From Eutreptiella sp. 'Long Island Sound 2002' (lineage: Eukaryota > Protista > Euglenida), in NCBI GenBank assembly GCA_964036045.1, contig OZ038379.1:44020001-44084000 (forward strand): a stretch of 64,000 nucleotides of DNA. Direction: 5' to 3'. How positions within the stretch are numbered: the first letter of the stretch is position 1; every line of letters begins with the position of its first letter. A model generated the notes under the pieces. That model had not been told where the DNA came from. It ran no database searches and worked only from the letters and a program-made list of their open reading frames with translations. Below, one piece after another: positions 13,022-23,490 of this stretch. The position numbers were made by a program, and so were the translations under genes.

Positions 13022-13264
13022 ACTGCTAAGATGTGGCCTTTTTTGTTCACATGAACACGTACGCGTTGAAATCTCAACTCGTACGCACTGATTTTCCACA
13101 CCGTACGCACTGGGTACCAAACGCGCACGCGCTGTGTACGATTTCGCGCCAAACGCGTACGCAGTGCGTACGGTTTGGTAAATCAGTGCGTACGAGTTGG
13201 GATTTCAACACGTACGTGTCGGGCTTTGAACACGTACGTGTCCATGTGAACAGATCTTAGCAGT
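13022..13264. mobile_element. Foldback MITE with TA TSD (Tc1/mariner-class), 243 bp
   Basis: TIR ACTGCTAAGAT (13022-13032) and ATCTTAGCAGT (13254-13264), flanked by TA at 13020-13021 and 13265-13266. Internal 40-bp inverted arms 13055-13094 and 13180-13219 match 38/40. Confidence 0.8.
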
Positions 13265-13324
13265 TACACAGCCTCCGCTGCACACCCTCTTCTAGCCACA
13301 TCCGGACACGCGTTTCGGTGTCGG

Positions 13325-13403
13325 GATGTAATCCCGTGCCCGCCCGCAGTGTCAATCCAGCACTAGGCTGGATTGGCACCGCGGGCGGGCACGGGATTAC
13401 ATC
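13325..13403. repeat. 79-bp hairpin (37-bp arms, 5-nt loop)
   Basis: GATGTAATCCCGTGCCCGCCCGCAGTGTCAATCCAGC, loop ACTAG, then the reverse-complement arm with 35/37 matches; one mismatch would be a G-U wobble in RNA. Confidence 0.9.
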
Positions 13404-14074
13404 TTGGTGGTGCTTGCGATCCCGAACTGTCCAATGGCAAGGTGTCTTGTGGTGTAGGTTTGGCCATCTTTGTACATATTGCGTGCCTTTGGTACTTTTT
13501 GCTCATGTTGTGCTCCGTTCAAACCTACAACCTTGTGTAACTTTCAATTTTAGGCACTTTGAACTACAATGCGAATGCAACGCTTATGGCAACATTTGCT
13601 TTTCTTGTTAATCTACGGGGCCATTCTCCCACGGTCTAGTGAGGCCGTTGGGGAAGGGAAGCCGAGGGTCAACAAGGCCGGGCTTCAACTTACGGATGCT
13701 GCCCTGCGTGCGCGCAATGTTGCATTTTTTCCATAGTGCGCGCAAATTTTCAAAAATACGACCTTTATAGCGCGCCTATTGCTCGCGCTCTACCGCGCTA
13801 TATTGTCCCGTTTTTCAAATTTTTCAAAGCCGGAAAATGTTTCAAAACCATGCTTTTTCCAGTGTCCTGCGTTTCTCAAAAACCCCTTGCTTTTAAAAAA
13901 CATTCCCTGTTGCTCATTCAACCCAAGACACATGCAAAAACACTGTCTGAAAGGTCTGAAAAGTGTGCAACAGTACAGGTCCTCACGGGCACAGACAGTG
14001 TAGCGCGCACAACATATTTACAGCGCGCGCTGGGAGCCTTATGGCGCACGCTATACGAGGTATAGCGCGCGCTG

Positions 14075-16911
14075 TCATTCAGTGATATCCTTAATGGTTT
14101 GGACCACCACTTCGGCCTCCCACTCCTTCTCCCATTCGGGTCTGTGGTCTTCTGCCCCAGTGGCAGCTGGGGCTGCATCCCCTTCTTTGTGGTCTTCTGC
14201 CCCAGTGGCAGCTGGGGCTGCATCCCCTTCTTCTTGTGGGCTTGGGTCGCCTTCTGGGGTTGCTCCTTCTGGTGCCTCTTCTTCTTTCGGGGCTGCTCCT
14301 TCTCCTTCTTGTGGCGTGGCCGCTGGTGCCTCTTCTTCTTGTGGTGGGGCTAGTGCGTCGTCTTCTTGTGCTGCTGCTGCTACTGGGGCTGGTGCCTCTT
14401 GTTCTTGTGCAGCTGCTGCTGGTGCTTCTGCTGGTGCTGCAGCTTCGGCAGGTCCCTTGTCTCCTTGTGGGGGGGCTGGTGGCTGGGCTGGTGGGTCCCC
14501 TTGGGGCTTCTTCTTCTTTGGGGTTGGTGGCTTTGACGGGGACATCCTCATGGTCTTTGGGTCGGGGCAGAGGTCCTCAATCTCATCGGCCTCGTGCGTC
14601 TCCCACCACGACTGCCACTTGCCCAACTCCTCATACGCTTTGCTTTTGGCGGAGAACACCTGGCAGCTGGGCATGAACTCCGACCAGTCGTCCTCTTCCT
14701 CCTCCTCCTCCCCTTGTTGGCTAGTGCTCCACTGATCGTTGGGGATGATGACGGCCACGTGGTCCTGAGGGGCCCTCCTGGCGCCTGCTGGCTTGATTTC
14801 GGCTCCCTCCACAATCATCGGCGCGATCTCAGCGGTGCAGTAGATGATCCACCGAGGCTTGTAGCCTTCTTTGTAGGACCAATCTCGGCGCTGCATGAGC
14901 TCATCTCTTGCCTCCTTGTCCGCGTCGACTCTGCTCTGCTGCTTGGCCTTGGGAGCCGTACTGGGTGGGGTGGAACCGCACGGACCTCCTTGTTCTTGTG
15001 GCTGGTCTGGGACTGGGACAGGCTGCTTCGGTGCTGGCTTTGATGCGAGCTGCGGCTGGGGTGCCTGCTGCGGTGCCGTCTTGCTTGCCTGGAAAGAGTA
15101 GCGCGGAGGCATAGCACAGGCATAGCACGCGCAATACGGAACATAGCACGCGCAACGAGATGCATAGCACGTGCAATGACGACGATAGCGCGCGCTGCAT
15201 TACCTTTTCTGCTTTCTCCTCCTCTGCTTTCTTCCGTCTCTTCTCCTCCTCTTCCTTCTCCTTCTTCTCCCTCTCCTTCTTCTTCCTCTTTTCCTCCTCA
15301 TCCTTCTCCTTATTCTTCCTCTTTTCGTCCTCTTCCTTCTTCTTCTTCTTTGCTTCGTCCTCTTTCTTCTTGGCCTGTTCCGCCTGACGTTGGACTCGGT
15401 GTGCCGCCTGTGCCATCAGCTACTGATCGGCAGTCTTCTGGGCAAGGACCTTTCCAGGCGGCTGGGGGGGCTTAGCGGTGTGGGAGGCGGAGATGGCTGG
15501 TGGTAGGTGGCTGGTGGCTGCTTGCTCCTCGTTACGCTTCTTCTTGGGCCTTGGGACTGTCACGGATTCCGTCTCCGGCACGGCAAAGGCGTCGGCCCAG
15601 TCCACCTCCAGCTCCTCCAGCTGCCGCTTAGCCCGGGCCAGCACCGGGGAGGGGCCTTGCTCCTTCCGTCCGTCAAGCCAGTCGGCCGCATGCCTGGACT
15701 GCCCGGCAATGTCCGCGGGCACGCTGATCATCAACGGCCCTCTGCGGGATCCCAGGCACAGAAGCTGCTCGAAGCTGCCCACCTACGTGACAATGGGACA
15801 GAAGTAAGGGCCGTAGCGCGCGCAAACAATCAAATCGCGCGCGCTACAACAAATGAAGCGCGCGCAACAATGTCGAAAGCGCGCGCAATGGCAAACATAG
15901 CGCGTACCTTTGGCTGTGCCAGTTGTTGTTGTTGTTGCTGCTGTTGCTGGGCCATCTGCACCCGCTGCTGCTGCTGGAGCAGCTGCAGTGTTGCCTGCTG
16001 CACGGCTGCCTGCTGTTGGAGACTGCACCAGGTGCCAGTAATGCTCTCGTCACACCAGTAGGGTTTCACGGCTCCGTCTGGGATCTTGGCAATGGCCGTG
16101 GCCCTTTGGCGCCAGAACTTGTAGAAGGGCACCTCGAAGAGGTAGGCCGGTGTCACGTCCTTCAGCCATGCCCAGCTGGGCCCTTGGGCGCAGATGGTGC
16201 TGTTTTGGTTGGGCCAGATTCGGTTCTTGAAGTCGCTGCTGACGGCGAAGCCCTGACGTGGCCCGGGTGGGGGAGACTGAAACTGTGCTTGCACTTGGGG
16301 TTGCTGCTGTCTTGGTTGGACCTGCTGCTGCTGCTGCTGCTGCTGCTGTTCTGGGCTGCCGACTTGCTGGGCCGCAGCCTGCACTTGCTGCTGCTGCATT
16401 TGCTGCTGCTGCTGCACTGGCAGTGGGCCGAAGAGCACTTGTTGCACTCGGCCCACGGGAAGACTGCCGCGCACTGGGGAGCCCAAGGTGGGCGACCCAC
16501 CGGGGAACAGCATGGGAGACAGCTGCTGTGAGGCACCTCGTAACGGGGACTGCGGCGCGGGCCACAGAGGGTGAGTTAGGGAGAACTGGGTCAGCTGCTG
16601 GGACAGCGTCTGCGGAAAACAGGACAAAGCACGCGCAACCAGGACGTGCGTAGTGCGCACAACGAGACAGCTAGCAAGCACAATAAGAGCGTAGCACGCG
16701 CAACGGAAACAATAGTGCGCGCAACGGAAACAGTAGTGCGCACGGCAAGTACCTGTGGCCGCATGCTCCACGGCGTCGTCGACGGCTGCTGCAGTACCGG
16801 TTGTACAGCTGCATTCGGTGGTGGTTGCGGTGTCGCACCTGCTCCTGTAGCCCCTGCAGCAGTTGCTGGCGGTGCTGCAGGAGGCGGATACCCCCAGCCC
16901 ACAGGTTGCAT
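14075..16911 (-). CDS. Four-exon 817-codon low-complexity (P/Q-rich, K/E-rich, acidic A/P/E-rich) protein with one in-frame TAG; accessory gene or recent pseudogene
   Basis: Exons 16911-16753 (159 nt), 16609-15908 (702), 15782-15204 (579) and 15088-14075 (1014) are all multiples of 3. Introns 16752-16610, 15907-15783 and 15203-15089 are GT-AG and phase 0. The spliced frame is open except for TAG at 15422-15420. Confidence 0.75.
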
Positions 16912-17208
16912 GGGCAAGAGGGTTACATTAAAGTACCTCTGTTCCAGCAGTAATACAAAAAGGAAAATGCAGCAACAAAAAAATCGAAAGCACCAAAACA
17001 AACGGACGAAAAGGAACAAATCAATGCGTTCCCAATTCCAATCAATGCATTCCAAACGCTTTAAGTGCGTAGTCATAGCACGCTACTTCCGACTATATAT
17101 CGCGATTTCAAGGGGTTCCGGCGCTTGAAAACAGCATAGCGCGCATGATAGTGATCATTGCGCGCACTAGATAACATGTAGCGCGCGCTAAAAAACAAAT
17201 AGCGCGCG

Positions 17209-18385
17209 CTACCACAGTTCCTCATCCGCAAAATATGCCCGAACCTCGTCAGCCAATTTTTGTGCATTGCACAGGTTGCTTCTGGAGTTGCCATTCCACC
17301 TTGGTACTTCAAAGTACAGGAACAAACGCTCATTAACCTGCCTGAGCATCTTAATGCGGCGCGACACCAGGGTTCCTGCCCCCCCACCTCTATCACAAAA
17401 GGAGGACCAAATGTCCTTCAGCACCCTGTTGCTCCCTTCCAAAAGATCACCCGAAAACATTCCTAGGCCATAGGGCCTTATGGCCTGAATAGTAACTGTT
17501 GCATCGTGCAAATCCAGTTTATATAAGGTGATCTTATTGCTGGACAAACCCACCTCTGGAAAGCCTGGGCAACCTCTGGAGCCTGCAATGCATTCTCTTG
17601 AAACATTGTGCCATGCATGTCCCCCAGTAGCATGTACATGGCAACCACTGCTGTGTGCATCCTCATGTCACCCCCAGGGAGGGGGGCCAGGTCCTCCCAA
17701 ACCTTTAGAAGGCACCAAGCCTCTTCCCCATCTGGCTCTGCCGTCCCCTATAGTGCTATGTGACACCCAGACCTGTGAAGAATAGCTTGAACAGAGACCC
17801 TAGTACTGGGACGCACAGACTTGGCCAATCTGCGTACCAAGACGTGCCTCCCTACAAAAATCAGAAGGTGCAGAACACATGGTATAAGGTGACGCCGCCT
17901 CAGAGGCACCTTCAACAACCTGCTCTGGACAACACCAAATATATCCATGGGCCTGCACTTGGCCCCAGGTGCAATAAGCCCTAGCAATTGCTCATCTCGC
18001 TCGGTGGTTCTATCCACATCCTGTTGCAACCACGTGGGGACGTGGGGACGTAGTGCGCGCAGAAGTCAACGAAGCGCGTGCTATGAGCGGAAGTGCGCGC
18101 AATGTCACATGCAAAGCGCGCGCAATAATACGTTCTTCTTGGAATCTTCAGGAGCAGGACCAAGTCCACCACCGACAGGGGTGTGACGGCGTTGGCAGCC
18201 TCGGTCCTGCGACGCTTCTTCTCTGCTTCAGACACGGGGACCCTTTTTTCCAACCTGGCCCACAAAGACCGTTGGACGGCAGACCCTGAGCAAAAAAACT
18301 CAACTAGGTCCGCCAAAAGGTCCTCGTTCTTCCACAGGGACCACCCATAGTGGGGGCCCAAAATGTTTGCAATCTTCCCTGACAT
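17209..18385 (-). pseudogene. Decayed DDE transposase resembling the Transib/RAG1 catalytic core
   Basis: IPCVLHLLIFVGR (CVLH at 17879-17868) resembles the D/C-x-L-H second-catalytic motif. Restoring one base in the T-run near 17510 gives SPYINWILHD...YGLGMFSGDLLEGSNRVLK, comparable to RAG1 YFHKTLAH...GAWASEGNESGNKLF (E at 17439-17437). In-frame TAG at 17750-17748; GT-AG intron at 18131-18021. Confidence 0.55.
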
Positions 18386-18571
18386 TAACAGCGTCAGATG
18401 CGGTGCCGAAAGAATCTGAAACTTTAGAAAAATAGGGGTTTTTGCCCTGCTTATTAGGACATGGGGTTACAAACCCAAGACCCCGAGCCATAGCGCGCGC
18501 TATGCTGCGCGCTATAGTTTTGTAGTGCGCACTGAGCCATCGCGCGGCAATACCCTGTAGCGCGCACACAG

Positions 18572-19303
18572 GATGCGTTGGAATGCCTCCGCAAGGCCAG
18601 ATCGGCTCTAGCCACGGCTGGTACCGAGCCATTCCCTACGCGTAGTTGGGGACCCAACATAGAGAGTTACTTGTTGCCCTCCATCATCTGCTACGATCCG
18701 ATCGGTCAACTTGGGACTTCTTGTTGGTGCACGCAGTGCAACGCAGAGATGGAGCGTAGGCCAAAAGAGTCCGGCTGGGTCTCTACACCCTTACGGTTGT
18801 TTGGATCAACCGGACCGTACGCCTTATTTTCATACAATTACCGCTGCCCAAACAAGGAGTGTAAGGTGAAGTGGACGATTGCCCACCGGTGCAAATTGAG
18901 CCGGTTAGCACGGGCCTTCCTCCCCTTTGTCTTGAATGACCGGTTCGGTGTGGCAACCGAGGTTATTAGTAGCGTGCGTGAGGCTGTGATATCGGGTACC
19001 TCTTTTGAGCAATGTACCTGGCATTTGGCGAAAACGTACGATGATGCGGTTGAGGCGGCTCTCCACAAGTATGACTTGTGGGTGGCGAGGAACCCGCTTT
19101 TTCGCGGGGCTCGTGACAGCCCGCTGATCGAGTCCATTCGGCGCGTCCCATCCGATGATACATTACGTCGAATGTTCTTCGACACGTACTGGTCGGATGA
19201 GGAGTTTTACCGCGCCCAAATGGCGATGCTGCCTGCAACCCGTCTCAGTGGTGACCACACTTACACACTTACACACTTCATCACATGGATGCAATTAAAT
19301 TGA
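18572..19303 (+). pseudogene. N-terminal half of a DUF6729-like / Dada-like DNA transposase
   Basis: 241-aa ORF: LPSIICYDP..CTQC...GW...PLRLF...Y.CPNKEC (CCCC finger), LPFVLNDRFG, G.SF, PSDDTL, ending LSGDHTY, which resembles the s-x-DHTFK first catalytic Asp. Preceded by acceptor CACACAG|GAT at 18571/18572. Family assignment is recalled, not computed. Confidence 0.55.
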
Positions 19304-20729
19304 CCTACTTTGCCCGTTTTGCAATTGCCTTTGTTTGTCATTGTGTATGTCTTCCTTCCCATGCGCCGAAGGCGCGAAAGAAAATTTTTTATGAGAGGCT
19401 TAAGGTTAAGGTTGGTTAAGGTTATGCTCCCTCCTTAGGGTTTGACTCACTAAGACCTTCCCCCAAAAAGCCGAAGGTGGGCTTTGGTGACCTTCCCCAG
19501 AAAAACCGAAGGTGGGCTTTTGCCGAAAAGGGCCGAAGATGGTGGAGGCCATGCCCCCCATTGTAAGGGTGGGGCAAAAGGACAAGGACTGATGCCCCCC
19601 AAGATACATCACAGTGTGATTCTCGACGCCCTCTTGTTACCATGTGTTTTTGTCCTGGTGCATTTCTTATATTACGATCCAGGTGGGCTCCCTCCAAGCC
19701 GTGACATGACACACCGTTGCTCCTAGTTTACAATAGCAATAAGATTGCCACCCCACCAGCTTGCTTGATAAGGGACATACCCCGCCCGGATGAAGCTGAT
19801 GGCCACACAGTTCTTGTTGTACACATGTGTGCGCCTAGACACCCGTCAAGATTGATTGCCTTTATGGAAGGGGCTCCTCGGGCTACACGGGAGATCGATG
19901 TCTGTCATCCCGGTGTGCCGCGACTCGGAGGCTTCCTCATGCATGGCAACCGTTACTCTGAGTTTTCCAATCTCAATTGGAAGTTTGGATATTGGGCTTC
20001 TCCTGTGTGTCTATTGGTTGGACAAGATAGTATTATTGGTGCATTGATGTGTACTTGAAATTTCTTGCACCCAAGGCACTACAGTGCAGCCAAACCTCCT
20101 GCCAAGGTGGCAGCCAAGCCTGCAGCTAAGCTTGCAGCCAGAGAGCCCATTCTAGTGGCCTCTGTTGAGCATGTGCAGCTCTTCAAAGTCAAATACTCGC
20201 GCCAAAAAAAGTGGCGTTTAGTGCCTGTCTCTAAGTAAAGCTGAACACACATCCCAACAGGCAGTTTCCCAGTCATTTTGTGCAGCATGTGCCCTTGTAT
20301 TTGCATGTCTTGGTTCATGTCACCGGTCTGCTGTGTTCCCCCAAGGGGTAGGGGAACCGTCATTTTGGCTATGTCCCACCGGGGTTGTAGGGATACGATC
20401 GTACGCAGGCAGGTACTGATCAGTCAGGGGGGGAATCAACCTCCGGGTGGGACCTGCACCCCTTCAAGTCTGTGCTAGAGGATTGGTTTTTTTCCTTTTT
20501 GCCCAATCTGCAAATGCACACCAAGGGTGGTCTTTGTGGCCATGTTGAAGCAAGACGTGGAGTGCAAGGAAAAAGAAGTTGTGCAGAAGTTGGTGCACCG
20601 TAGAGCAGTTTTTGAGGTACCTTTGTGACTTTTTTTCTATTAGCTTTGGTAACCATAACCAATGGTCAACGGTAAAATGCACCTTTTTACATACTTTTGG
20701 CCCTTGCGCCATAACTCATATTGCCTCTT

Positions 20730-20862
20730 TTTTCATGGATTACAAAAAAATGGGTAGTGAAGGGCAATTAATCGCAAAAATCGGTTATTTTGAAAACCAT
20801 TCATCGGAAAAACAAGTCGTGAAAAACCAATCATTTTCAAAACCAATAGGTTCCAAACCCTA
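20730..20862. mobile_element. Orphan right end of the same hAT MITE family
   Basis: GGTTCCAAACCCTA (20849-20862) matches the TIR consensus and is preceded by AACCAAT/AATCGG subterminal repeats. No left TIR or matching TSD (GCTTTTAC) was found. Confidence 0.55.
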
Positions 20863-22719
20863 GCTTTTACCAATGAAAAAGTGGCTTGAACATACATGCT
20901 GCCCCTACTCTTGCCAATGCAAAACTGTCCAATCATGCATTCCGTGCCCATTCTAGTTATGAACCCTTTCAAACATATTGTTTTTGCAGCCCATGCTTTT
21001 GCTGGTGCAACATTGGTTTCAACTTACATCCCATGCCCATTTTGTTAACCCTTTTTTTGCTGCCCATGGTTTTCCCAATGCAAGAATGCTTTCAGCAGAC
21101 ATGCCGTCCCTGCTCAATCCTCACCTCAAAATACCGGATAATATCTCAAATGCCCTTGAAATCTACCTACACCACTATCCCGGTTTCGGGGACATGCCTT
21201 TGAAATTTCTAGCAATTTGATGTAACACACTTTGCTGGAATGCGCATGGCTGGGAAAAAAACTCTCAATTTCAGAATGAAGAGGGGGAAACCCACGGAAG
21301 AAGCGGCAAACTAGTGGCCATGCAAGTCAACTGCCATGGCCAAACCAACCTCACGCTCACTCTATGTAAGCTCTTGATGTTCTAGGATGCATGAGAAATT
21401 TGTGGACTGTTTGCCCTTTTTGGTGACACTTGAACCCCTGACCCAATTAGTTTGAGGGTTGGATCAACACAAACTCCTTTCTAATGATGGCCAACAAAAT
21501 CTTTGGAACTAGAAACATTAAACCCATTTGCATGGTGCTGATTAGAAATTTGTCACTTGATGTGTTTATTACTGATTGATGACCAAACAACAGACACCAA
21601 AACACTTGCATCCGTGATGCCAAACCAAAGGTAATAGGGAACATTCCACACAGGCTCCCCGGGAAAAACACCACATATTTTGCCAAAAGATTGTCATGCA
21701 ATACATTCTCAACACAAACATCCACCAAAACACAATGCACCAACTTTCCGACTTGGCTGCCATATATTGTGCTTGTTGCACTGTGCCGACAGCACCAAAA
21801 TTATCATAGCAATTGGCCATACCTGGTTGTTTTGCTACAGCCAACAAAACTGTCGTAGCAATTGGCCATGCGTGGTTGTATTACTACGGCGGCAGCAATG
21901 TAGTTGCAGCAGGCGAGCAAGAAATCTTTGTGGCAATGGGCCATGCGTGGTTGCCATGCATGGTTGTAGTTATAGCAGCAAGGCATACAGCAGCAACGTA
22001 GTGATGCAGCCTGTTGCAGTGCCCCATCGCAGTGCAATGCACTTGTGTGCACGCACCCGTTGGCCGCTGAACTGCTCGGAATACATGGCGGGCAAGTGCT
22101 AAACAGATCATAGGGCAAGCAGATAAGGAACTGGGATGCGATGAGAGCACACAAAGGGGCACAAACCGAGTACCTACGCAATTACCACTACCCAATTGCC
22201 ACTTCAAATGACATGGTTGCAGCAGGTCCCTTGGAGGGACGTGGGTAGCTACCCCACACGCCAAGTGCTAGTTCAACAGGTGCATTGAATCTCTACGAAA
22301 CCAGCGATAAACTACTCAACCAATTCCTGCAAGTGGACATGCAAATGGGGCTGGTGCGGGCAACAATGGGCAATGTGCAAACGCTGTGCTTATGAGACGA
22401 TTGCCATAGCCCACAGGGATTGGTGCTTGCGTCGGCTGCCTCACTAAGGTTCGCAATCGAAGGTGTTTGAAAGTGTGATGGTCATTTCAGCTTCACTAAC
22501 TACAGCAACCTCGGAGGCACAGCGGCATCGCAGCATTACAGCGTCCATGTGCGGCACCGGTTTCTTGAGGGCAGCAGGATGAACGAAAGAGCAATCAGCT
22601 GCAGCACATCACTTCCTTCGCCCAGCGACGGCCCCTTGAAATGGATGAGCACAGCCTGCTGCGCAATACCAAACTGCCCAACGACTGTACAGATTGCAAG
22701 AGACGGTGTGAAAAGGCAG

Positions 22720-23060
22720 GCAGCCATCAGCAATCGGCAGGCAGCAAGCAGGAATCAACAAAGCAGCAACCAACAGTCAGCAAAGCAGCAGGCAGCAGGC
22801 AGCAGGCAGCAAGCAGCAAGCAGCAAGAGAGGCAATCAGCAGGCAGCAAGCAGCAAGCAGCAGTCCAGTCAGCAGTCAGCAAGCAGCGAGCAGCAAGCAA
22901 CAATCGGCAAGCAGCAAAAGAGGCAATCAGCAATCAGCCATCAGCAGGCAGCAGTCAGCAGGCAACAATCAGCTAGCAACAACCAGCAACCAACAACCAG
23001 CAAGCAGCAGTCGGCAAGCAGCAAGCAGCAACCAGGAGGCACGATCGCACAAATCAAATA
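22720..23060 (+). repeat. Degenerate CAG/CAA-rich microsatellite
   Basis: Continuous AGCAGC/AGCAAGC/CAATCAGC tract; the Q/S/A-rich ORFs it produces are artefacts of the repeat. Confidence 0.9.
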
Positions 23061-23086
23061 GCAACAGACAGCAACAGACACGCACA

Positions 23087-23490
23087 GAGCGCGCGCCGGA
23101 TGCACAATCACACAACCAGCGCGTGCCGGACACACAATCACACACCGAGCGCACGCCGGACACACAATCACACACCCAGTGCGCGCGCCGGACACACAAT
23201 GACACAACCAGCGCACGCCGGGCACACAATCACACACCCAGCGCGCAGCAAACACAGATTCACACACCTAGCGTGCGCCGGACACACTATCACACACCCA
23301 GAGCCCGGCAAACACACTATCACACACCCAGCGCTCGCCGGACACACAATCCACACTCAACGCGCAGCGAACATACGTTCACACACCCAACGCTCGCCAG
23401 ACACACAATGTTGCACCCAGCACACGCCGGACACACAATCACACACCCACCGAGCGCCAGACACACACTCACACACCCAGAACACCGGCG
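23087..23490 (+). repeat. ~30-bp minisatellite (~13 copies)
   Basis: Unit approximately AGCGCACGCCGGACACACAATCACACACCC. Confidence 0.9.

Larger units (their letters stand above)
13710..19303. mobile_element. Putative multi-gene DNA transposon or composite delimited by TAGCGCGCGCAA-type motif arrays
   Basis: Roughly 35 copies (counted by eye) of TAG(C/T)(G/A)CGCGCAA-like motifs fill 13730-14070, four introns, 17075-17215 and 18489-18571. The span contains two transposase-like genes and one low-complexity gene. Termini were not identified. Confidence 0.55.

Noticed and set aside
13733-13739. RSS-like heptamer terminus (CATAGTG) for the Transib-like element
   Set aside because: A 6/7 match is common by chance, and no matching right terminus or 5-bp TSD was found; kept only as something to test.
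14082-16653. Numerous overlapping plus-strand ORFs over the spliced gene
   Set aside because: They are antisense shadows of low-complexity, GC-rich coding sequence.
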